From the human T2T-CHM13v2.0 reference genome, Homo sapiens, in NCBI RefSeq assembly GCF_009914755.1, contig NC_060936.1: a DNA stretch of 64,000 nucleotides, one strand, 5' to 3'. The notes below the pieces were generated by a model. The model searched no databases, was not told the origin of the DNA, and saw nothing but the letters and a program-made list of their open reading frames with translations. Position numbers and translations under genes: made by a program. Positions 53,651-64,000 of the stretch are shown in pieces. Positions within the stretch are counted from its first letter, which is position 1; every line of letters begins with the position of its first letter.

Positions 53651-54505
53651 CATCCCACTGATATTTGGGTTATTCTCCTTCATGCCGAAGTAATTAGACT
53701 CTCCACCGGTGTGGCACCCTTACTTAATTCTTCTAATTTCTTTAAAAACACAACATTCGCCCACATCCAAGGCAAAATTTACAATCAAGAAGATCCCTTC
53801 TTTCTTTAAAAGTGGCGGCTTTGTTCTGCTTTTAACATCAAGTAAAATCTACTTTGGGGAAGGTTTTTCGCTCCCCCCACCCGCATAATTATTTCTATTA
53901 TTTATCTTTTATTTGGCCTATTGAAATTCTGAGCACACAAAGCCAACTTTATTAATTTCTCTCTCTAAAATTCCATCAAGAAATATTTATCTTTTACTCT
54001 TCCCATTGGAATAATATATTCCCTAGATGGTGAAATATAGCTCCATTTATTAGGAATCAGGTATAAAAAAACAGATAGAAAAAGCAGAGGTGGTGAATTA
54101 TTCTAAAAAGATAGGACAAAAAAAATCAGTTGCCTCTGAGAGTTGGGGGAAGTGGGATGGGAAGAGGCTAGGCCATAGCTCCACGCATTTCACCGAAAGC
54201 AGTTTTGAGGATATTTGATTTGGAACCACTGTTCTTTCTTTTCATAATATTCAGCATGTTCCTAATCATTGTATTCCAGATATTGAACACAAGCTTTTAA
54301 TCCCGTCTACCAAAATGTTTTGTGCCCATTTGAACACTTTTAAATTGAAATTCTAAATTAGTATTCATTGAAAACTGGTTTGACACAAAGAAAGGATCAT
54401 GAATGAAACCTTCTAAGCCTTCTTTGCATTTCCAAGTGCGTGTTCAATTCTTTAGGAAAGTCATTGTTGTTGGTTTAGGGAGATTTACTCAATTCCCAAG
54501 TGCCA

Positions 54506-54519
54506 CCTCCAGAGGGCAC
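54506..54519 (+). promoter_or_regulatory. CTCF-like motif (forward orientation)
   Basis: CCTCCAGAGGGCAC, 13/14 to CCASYAGRKGGCRS. Confidence 0.5.
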
Positions 54520-57500
54520 AGCTGTCTCAAAAAAAATTTGTTGGTTTTTTTTTTTCTTTTTTTTTTTTTTTTTTGAGTTTCTACAGTTTTACCCAAGCTG
54601 TTGAGTAAGGGGTCTCTATAGTCTATAATTGTGATTCCTGGTTTCCAAACTGGAAATACTTTTATTTAATATATTTAATATTTATTTAGATGTTATGGAA
54701 ATCTATTATTTGCAAACAACTATGTAACATTTATAATATTTTATTTAAAAAAATGAAAAATTAAACCAAATGTTGTTTATTTGCCCCTGACTTAAAAATC
54801 TCTAATTCTCCTCAGTTTTAACTCCAGAGTCCAGCAAACAGCACCCATTATTTTTTTAATGTATTTAAAAGTTTATTTGCCTGACTTTATATTCCCAAGA
54901 GGTTGCACTCAAGGCCTTAGGTCTCCTTAAAAAGTGTGAAATGTGCTGTATCTTCTGTATAATAATATTTTGTGTTTGGTGCTCAGTGTATTCTTGTAGA
55001 GTACAATATTATGTTCAGAGTAAATGCCTTGGCAGCTTTTTACTCTTGAAGCTACACAAAACATCTGGGGGATTTATTTTTGCAACATTTAAATTTATGG
55101 TGACTATTTATTCAAAAATGATTTTGTTCATTTATAGAGGTGGGAAAGTTGATATGAATTTGCTCAGAAAAGAATGGCATTATTTTCTTCCAGAATGTAC
55201 GTTAAACAACTCACTGTCTCCCTCCTTTGTCTCAGCCATCTCTGCTGTGTTTAGTGTGAAATTGAATTGTGTAAAGCTAAAATCTAAGAAGAGAAAGCAC
55301 GAAGGGTTCAGGCAAAGATTTACATACATTTCTTTCCTATGTTTTCTTCCTAGCTTTCACTTGCTGCCCACTTTGGGCTATTTTTCTTTTCCTGTTATTT
55401 ATTTATTTTTCCCTCTGTTAACATATACACAAAGAAGCTGGCAACAGGGTGTGAAAGGGGCTATTTGTAAGTATTTAAAACTGTTTAACATCTATTTATA
55501 AGAAAAAGCTTTTTAGGTTTTGGAAGCTAATTTCCATATTGGCATGGAAAATTGTGGAAACTAATACAGGGTAGGTGTTGAAAGTGTTTAACTTTCATGT
55601 TTGTATCTTCTAAAATGGGAAGGAGAGACAGCAGCCACCAGGACAGAGTGTGTTCTGTAAGAAACCATGCTTTGGGAATGGTGTTCACTATATGTGTAGA
55701 AGAATCAAGAGAGGGCTTGAAGAAATATCCCTGAAGTCAAGTTAAGCCATAGATGAACCTTTCAGAGCTAATCTATATGGAGCAGAAGTGTAATTAGCAA
55801 ATCCATGCATGTATCCCTCTTCCATTTCAACTCAAAAAACTAAATGTTAGCTAAATGATTTATTACATGGCCTCGTGTATTGGTCTAGTTTCCTCGTGTA
55901 TTAGACTAGTCAGTTAGACTGTGGAAGATCTTTCATAACAAGAAAACACATCTGATGTATTTTTTTCCTCTAGTCCACCAGTAAGTAGCCTTGTGTTCAA
56001 CCAAAAATATCTTCCATAAATAGGTATCAATGCATTGGTCACCTATGGAATTGTTGATCAGGACCATTCCCAGTTAGAGAATGCCAGACTTGAAATTTTA
56101 AGGCATATATGAAATCCAAAGTGCTTTTCTCCATTCTGTCTCTATGAGGCTGATGGCATGCATTTCTTTAGTTGAATAGATACGGAACTGAAATCTGATA
56201 GGCAATTTGCAAAGAATTATCATAAGCATTTGGGATTTTTGGTGCTATTGTTCTTTTGATTTAGAGAATAAATTTAAAGGTAGTATAGTAGAAAGAATTC
56301 ACAGGAAGATGAAGTTACATAGAATATTTGAAATGGAAGCGTCAGGAAACCAAATGCTTCAGCACAGCAGAGATAACTAAAATAAACGTATACTCTCCCT
56401 CTTACTCTTAGAACTTTACTTATTTATCTGTAAATGTTGCCTGTTCCATATGAGATCCTACAACACTGAAGTTGAGTGACTCAGGAGAGCCTTGATAAGA
56501 GGACATCTGTCAGTGGATGTGGTTAAGCAGAGGTTATCAGCAATGTGTCTGGGGTGCTTCCCAACTGTGGAGGAAGGTTTTATTAAGTGACATCTAAAGT
56601 CACCTCTCAATCAATATGTTTTGTGATTGTTCATTGAACTTGCATTACATTCATTTTATTAGAATCGAAGATAGCTTTACAAATGCTGAAGCATCATAAG
56701 GAAATTTGAGATGAAGACCAACAAGCTAAAAGCGTGGTGTCATTAGATTAAGGGTGGGTTATCCCGATTCAGGGTCTTATTTCTTGGTCAGTACTGCCTG
56801 TGAGCCTAAGGATGTATGTTAATTACATGAGTAGTACAAATTTTCTGTCTCTGGCAGTTGAGTCTAGTTTGCAGTGTTTATAATTCTAATTCAATTAGAA
56901 ATGGATTCAAAGAGCTAATGTTATTTGCAAGAATTTAGAAGTAAATTCCTTAGTAAAATAAATGGAACTTTGGTAGAGTGAATCATAACCTAATTATAAA
57001 AAGCCTGGATGTTCTTCTATTAACTTTGCTTAAAGTCTGGCAGAACTTTTGGGAATTCTGGTGTGGATACAGAACTCATGTTCTCACTGTCTGACTTAGT
57101 TCAGGATCTGTCTGAAAGTTTTTCTTCTCCCAGCTACAACCACAGTTTCTAAAGACGATTCATTTATTTAAAAAGTCGATAATCTAAACAGTTCCTATTT
57201 TTGCCTTCTTGTTGTCAAGGCATCCCCTAGTTGCCTGTATATCCAGGTAGATTAATGAATTCCTAGTCAGGGGCAGCATCTAATTCTGTGTTGCAGATGG
57301 AGTGTAATGCATTATTGATGTTCAATAAACATCCAAACAATAGTACTATCACCTTCCCTTCCTTACATTCAGTGATTTTAGCCCAATGTACTCATGGGCT
57401 GACTTCATGCAATCAGAACCTGAAAGCCAGGACGGTACCTGCGTGTTTAATGTGAGTGGCCTCCTGGTGGCACTAGCAGGACACCTTCTTTGCACAGAAA

Positions 57501-59949
57501 GGCCACATGTTTGGCAGGCAGAAAAGATCCAGGATCTAGGATCCTCAAGTCACATCGTGCCTTTTCAAAGTCTATTTGATTACATTTGCTGTGATGTGGA
57601 CAGGTTCCTACAATTTACCTTATGTCTCAGAAAGTGGTTTGGGGCTGGGCACACGTTTTCGTGTTTGTTAATTCCTGAGGTGACACTTTTAAGCCCCCAT
57701 GTTTCATGTTCCACAGTTCCAGAAAGAATGATTTTTGGCTCTTTGATCCTGTAAGAAAAATCCAATTGTTTTTCTCTCTTGCAGTTCATGCCGATGGCTT
57801 TTGTTCTCTCATCGTTTTAGCGGGTATTTTCTTTCTCAAGCAAGCCGGAGTCATGGAAGGGGGAGGTCCATCAGGACACTGTAATAATATATATATAAAT
57901 AACAAGCTGGTGGAATTACAAAGATAGCAGAGTGATTCTTAGAGCAAAAATTGGTTATGGTTATCAAGCTGGAGGACTGTTTTGCATGGTCCAGAGCTCT
58001 CTTTTAATGTCATGTCTGTTTCATTCCTCACTTTTAAAACCCTCTTCTGCTTGCTAAGAAGAGAAAACACAGGCTAAGGAATAAAATGAGCTGGATGTGT
58101 TTCATTTAGTTAGGTACCTCCCTCACCCTTTGGTCCTTGTGGTTGTTTTCGACCCCTCTACTTCTCTAATAATGTTACTTGGATAATTCAAGACAACCTG
58201 AAAAAGCAAAACAATGCAAGGAAGAAGGGCAGCGACAATGACAATGAGCTGAGCTCTCTAGGCTGTTCACAGAATGGCAGCAAAGACAAAGAACTTTTTT
58301 TCTGCTTTAGAAAAGCTGCCATTACCTTTCCTCTCTTTCAGACCCTTTTCTTCCTGTTCTTGGCTTCCTTGCAGCTTTTAGCATCTTTTCATGAATGGCT
58401 ATTTTAACTTCTCTTTTTATCAATAAATAAGATGATGGAACTGTTACTAATTTACTATTTGAAAATAGAGGTTTTAAAGTGGCACTCTTGAAGATTTTAG
58501 AATAATTGCAAACTTCAAATCTCTTCTTTTTCTTTTTTCACCCATCGAAACTGATTTTTTTCTAAGCCAGAGTGTTTTGCCTATTTTTTGTTTTTACTGA
58601 AGGTGCTTTTTTTTTTAAAGAAAAGGATAATTGAAAGTTGTTCTACATATACAGCTTTTTTAAAAAATCATGTTTCTCAGTGAAAAACAACAACCCTGAA
58701 ATGAAAGCCAGCTTCAGTCAGACCAAAATGGACTCACAAAGTGGAGCTGACATCCTGAAGGGAGGGGGGAGAAATGCTAATGTCCCAAGTCATCAGTTTG
58801 GGCCATTTCAGTGCTAAATGACAGGATCAAGAAGAAAAATTTTGAAATTGATTTTTAAGACTGTCTGAAAAAGAAGACTGAAATGAATATTAAGTGATTT
58901 CTTTGGGGCTGTCAGAAATGATAATGGAAGAAGAGACAAGCCCAGTCTTGCTACTGATGGTAGGATCAGGCAATTTAGAGTCAAGGCAGATTGGAGATGA
59001 AGTTCTGTGCTCCAGTTTTAAAGAAATGCTAATGAATGGAAGAAAAAGGAAGCAGCAAAGGCATCTGATATGAGTAGTTATGAGCTGGAGAGGGAAGAGG
59101 AAAAGATGTGGTATCATACGTGTTAGGGAAGAGGTACCATGATGAACATGTGCCAGGCTCTGTATTTTATATGGATAAAAGAACAGCCCCTTCCCTGGGA
59201 GGGTGAGCTGCATGAGATGTGGATATGGGGATGGATTTGTCTGGACACATCCGTGCTCTCTCCCACCTCGTCCCCACCAATAGCCATGCACATTGATCCG
59301 TTGGCTGGTTAGAGTGGGGCTGCAGGCTGGCTGCCGAACAAGCCCATATGGCATGAGGGTTGCATTTATGTTTTTGGTCTCATTAGCACCATGTTGGAAC
59401 CAACAGAGTTAGCTGACTAATTAATATAGAGATGGATTGGGTGTTCTCTGGGATTTGGAATCAGTTTCCCTTAAATTAGCCATGTCAATTACCACAAGTC
59501 CATAGATACCAAGAGTTGGAAAAATATCTGGCAGGATTTAAAAGCAGATAGGGAAATGCAGATAATTTGGATAAAAATAGAAAAGAACACCAATTTTACC
59601 AGGATTGTGCTTTTTCAGCACACAAATTCTAACCATAAAAGCTTTGTGAAGGACTGATACAGCATTTTGATGCATTACTTTTTCTATGATTTGTTTTCAA
59701 ATATTTTTTAATTCCATTTTTTTTTTCTGTTCTCTGAATACACAGGCTAAAAAACCATAATCTTTTTCAGCTTTCTACTTACCAATATTGAAATGCACAG
59801 CAAGCGCTAATTCCTCTATCTTTTGGAAACAATATCCCAGTTTCTGTTTTGGAAACTAATCCATCTTTTCTTTGTGTTATAGGGTTGTATATCAAGGTAC
59901 CTGGCCTTTTGTAAGCCATGAGGTGGGCAGTTGTTGATTAAATCTAAGC

Positions 59950-60159
59950 CAGTGGTTCTCACCTGGGGGTAATTTTGCCTACTAGTGGACACTGGGCAAA
60001 GTCTAGAGACATTCTGTCTCAGCTAGTGGGGGTGCTATTGGCATCTAGTGTGTAGAGGCCAGGGGTGCCACTCAATACCCTACAATGCACAGGACAGCCA
60101 CCCCCACCCCCCGCCACCCACCACAAGGAATTTTCTAGTCCAAAATGTCAGTAGTGCCA
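59950..60159 (+). mobile_element. MER20 (hAT-Charlie DNA transposon)
   Basis: cagtggttctcacctgggggtaattttgcc...ggcatctagtgtgtagaggccagggg...cctacaatgcacaggacagcc...caaaatgtcagtagtgcc. Confidence 0.88.
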
Positions 60160-61656
60160 ACAGGACCTTCTCCTCTGGAATTCAGAAATTTCAATGATAT
60201 GATATAAGCGACAAACTCAAAAAATGACTTGACTTATTTATTTGAGTAGCAATGCCTAGTTAAGACTGTCAAGTTGGGCCTGATAGCTAGACCTCCTCAG
60301 ACCTTTCTTCATTCCTACTTTTGTGTGTGCTGGGGTCTTCAGTCTTTCAATCTATTCTCCACTTTACTCGCTTTTGATACAGTCTTTTTTCCCTTTGATT
60401 ATCCAGGGATATTTTCTGTTGCTTGCAATCAAAGAACTCTAAAGTGATGTGGAATAACCGGCAGTTGGTTAACATACATGTGTCAACTGGCACCTTCTAA
60501 GTAGACAGTACCTTACAAATCCTAAATATGGTTCTTATGTAGCTTTCTGGTGGTTGAGGGTCAAATTAGAGCAAGCAGAAGCAGTAGAAAAGAAATCCAC
60601 ATACATATTTGGTTTCTTGCCTTGACCTCCAGGGACCTAAGGCAAGCAACCACTGCAATAATGAGCAGAATCAATAAAGCAAATGATTGCCTGATAATTC
60701 ACTCCAAAGCAAGGAAATAAAACATTTTCCAAGCTGGTAGGGCATCAGTGGCTGCAGATCAAGTGAAAATCCTGAAGAGCAAGATTAAAAAAAAAAATAA
60801 AGTGACTTACCATCTTTTTAACAATGTCTGCCTTTGACCTCCTTGGGCTGTTTTGCACAATATCTAAGCTACGGGCTGCAGATAAATAATTTCTTTTCTT
60901 TTAAAAAAGTAATTATTCTCATTTTAAGCTTCATTTTAAAATAATGAAAGCATAGATGATAGTACCTTACTCACAGGCATAGAAGTTTTCTTTAAAGATT
61001 TTTAAACTCAGGGCTGACACTGAGCTTGGCGCTGTATTTTATTAAACAGGAGAACCTTTTTTCAAATTAAGATGATCCAGTGAACATATCATTTGATTGC
61101 CACAGCTAGAATAGGGACTGTACGCAGCTACTTGCGTCTGTTTAGCTGTTGGAGACCTTGGGGGCTGCCTTGTAAAAAGACCTGTTTTGTTGGAAGCTTT
61201 TCTTTCACTAAGTGCATGGATTGGAATATGTTAAACTGTTCTTCAGTGAACAAAATCATAAAAATATGTGAGCATACAAATAGAGGATTCGTGTTTGAGA
61301 TCTCATGAGGTTCATTGTACTTCCAAGACAGGCTTTCTTTTTTTTAAGGTGCCAGCAAAATGCCACGGTATTTTATTTTTGTCTCCGGTAAATTGCTCTG
61401 GAAACTTAAACAAATTAAACATCCTGTTTTGTGTTTCCGAGACTCACTGGGGAAACTCAGTCTCTTTAGTCTGAAGTTTCAGGAGGGAAGGAACATCAGA
61501 ATATAAGATATTGTTTATAATCACCTTTTTGAAATGGTTATGCCTATGCTGGCGTGAAGGGAGGTACATGGGCCATTCAGTATCATCTCAAAGAAGCAGT
61601 TCTGTTTATTATCTAAAGAAAAAGAAAACAAATGTGAAGTTTTTAGAGGTGTAAGA

Positions 61657-61680
61657 GTGTGTGTGTGTGCGTGTGTGTGT
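61657..61680. repeat. Short (GT)n microsatellite
   Basis: Read directly from the sequence. Confidence 0.9.
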
Positions 61681-64000
61681 TCTGTTACGCTGTACAATGC
61701 AAAATCTGTTCTGTTACTGTTCATATTTTAGAAATTGATTTTTAATATAATAGTTATACTCAGTTAAAATCCATTGTTCAAGCCATTTTGAGACAAATTT
61801 AAAAGTAAATCTTCATAAAGGAATAATTAATGATCATCATTCCAACCAAGGCAACATGACAGAAATTAACAACTAAAACTTAGCAGTTGCCTTTGGAATT
61901 TAATGGGGTTCTGTCTTTCTTGAGTTCCCAATTACTGAAAAATATTTTCCTCCATTGCCCATGTTGGTTAAATGGAAACAACTACCCTTCCCTCCCCAAC
62001 ATTCAATGGATTTTTCTGGATCACAGTATTGCTTCCCTTTGATTCCTTCCTGCTTAGAAGAATGAAACAGTCTGGAAGGCCGGACAGCTGGGCTTGTGCC
62101 CCTCGACCTGAGGGGTAAAATTAGCTTAAGTGGCTAATTTTAGTGCTTCCTGCTTTCAATGGGGTCTTCTTGACAATAGGAACTGTCTGGCTTGGTTGCT
62201 TTTCATGAAAACATCTTAACCTTCCAGCTTGCCCCCACCTGCTTGAACTCTCAGTTGAAATATTACATTTAAAGGCCAAACAGAACCCAAATGAATGGAT
62301 GATAGCAGCACCTTTCAAATGTCACTTAAAAAAAATCTATGAACTGAAAGCTCAAGTCCTTTGGGAAGGAACAGAAATGAACTAACTGTCACCTTTCTCC
62401 TCCCTCCTCCCTCTGCAGAGATATTGGCTTTCACTTTCTCTGCTCTCTCTCCCCATTTTCTCCTTCCCTTCTGTCCTCCCCCCCGAACTGCCTCCCACAC
62501 ACACCTGAGAAATATGAAATTCTGGTTTGGGTGTATGCCTCGGAGGCTGAACTGTGCAAGAAGTGTCATCCGTGGAGGTGTTTCCTTTCGGAATGTCATT
62601 GTTTAACTTCAGGGTCCTGTTATTTTTGTGTGAACGAAATGTCAGAAAAGAATTTCACCATGTAATTTCCTAGGCATTGACAGGCCTTTGCCATCTGTCA
62701 TTGAATCGTGGTTTTACCTTTGGTTCCCTGCCATGTTTAGGGTTTTGACCTATTCCTTTGAGTCCTGGTAATTTTACCTCTCAATATAGCCTCTGATGGA
62801 AGCCTCTGCTGCCAAGTGTGACTTTTGTAACTTTAGGGAAGGAAGTGATTTCTTTGATAGACTGCTTATTATTATTTTTAAAACCTCAAGTGTCAAGAAT
62901 CCTGTCACTTGTAGAGTGTTGGCTTGTGATGAATCTCGTGTGTGTTATCTATTTTCGTCCTCAGTGTTTGCCCATGAAAAAGGGCTGCATTGCACAAAAG
63001 TCTCAGCTTTGCTTTTGAAATGTAGGGCTGAGCTCTGTTTGCTGAAAGAGGTAGTTTAGAGGAGAAGAACTGGTGTAGGAAGAGAAAAAAATCGTAATGG
63101 TTTTTATAAGAACCCAAGTTTAATTGGAAAGAAGGAAAACCGAAGTTTTTCATTCCCTACATAGTGAAGATTCTGAGAAATCCTATTGCTCTGAAGTCAG
63201 AAGATGGATTTTATAAAGTACAAGCAGATTGTCTTTGAACTGAATTTTAAAGCTCTGCTGTCAGAGTTGACAAGTTCCCGAATTCAATTTTCAAACTAAA
63301 ACTTAGAAAACTGGGGAAGACACTGTGTCTCCTCAGTAGCTTATCAAAAGAAATGAGGTGGCAGCTCCCACTGCTGTCTCCGGCTGGCCAGGCAGAAGGA
63401 GGCAGATGCAGCCCCGTCAAGTTATCTCCGCTCCCTCTCATGGATCATGCGTGTTTGAGAGGGGCTTCGGTATGAGCTCAAGCTGGCTGAGATTGCAGGA
63501 TCATGACAGGCAGACAGGCTTCTCCCCAAGAACAGGGAGAGTTTTACCATTTTCAGAGGAGCTTTAAGCACCAGTGATCCTTGCCCAAGACCTATTGGTC
63601 TTCACCTTTGGCAGATAAAGGATAAAGATGCATAGACATTAGCACACTAGTTGCTTTACTAGGACAGTGGTAAACTATAGAATTCCAGGCACTGCCACCA
63701 CCAGGGCTCTCATCTTTCTTTTGGGAAAAATATTAGCTAGTTTTGGCTCCTTAGTTCTCAAGATCTTCCTTATGTATGGAGGCAATAACTAGTTTTCCTA
63801 AAAAAGAAAACATGTGCAACTAACTACCATATTAATATTAATACAAGCAAATGTTAAATATTTATAATGTGCCTTAGAGCCCATTTAAACCTAATATCAA
63901 TCCAGTGAAGTAGTTAGTATCATCGACATTGTGCCGGGAGTGAGTTTACTCATGATTTCCTAACCAGTAAGCAGAAGTGCTGGGATTTTGACCCAGCTCC

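Noticed and set aside
52749-53658. Overlapping 60-136 aa ORFs on both strands of the CpG island
   Set aside because: Expected from the scarcity of stop codons at high GC. The A/R/G/P-rich products resemble no family I know.
54941-55501. Longest ORF in the track (186 aa)
   Set aside because: Low-complexity F/L/I/C-rich translation of T-rich DNA, with no recognisable domain or exon structure.
58114-58407. 97-codon stop-free + strand frame with a hydrophobic C-terminus
   Set aside because: No ATG and no recognisable homology. The hydrophobicity reflects T/C-rich DNA.

Overview
This is human (primate) genomic DNA. The first ~21.4 kb holds the 3' part of NEDD1 (GCP-WD, the gamma-tubulin ring complex targeting factor; from memory, chr12q23.1) on the + strand. 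Ten GT-AG coding exons (2677-19742) splice in frame to 1494 nt, giving 497 aa plus stop, which corresponds to residues ~164-660. A ~1.6 kb AU-rich 3'UTR with several AATAAA signals follows. The rest is intergenic. 21.5-52 kb is a dense, nested set of old transposons (L1M fragments, a long 3'-truncated L1, FAM/FLAM/FRAM/Alu, L2, MIR, MaLR LTRs) and includes a retroposed hY3 Y RNA pseudogene on the - strand. At ~53 kb there is an orphan CpG island with a consensus 5' splice site, a G-quadruplex, a STAT/FOX/GATA motif cluster and a divergent pair of CTCF-like motifs. It is followed by ~10 kb of relatively repeat-poor sequence. I cannot support a new protein-coding system here. The best leads are the CpG-island promoter/boundary element, a probable rearrangement scar at 35-36 kb, and splicing and 3'UTR features of NEDD1. 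Repeat subfamily calls come from remembered consensus sequences, and boundaries of old repeats are approximate.
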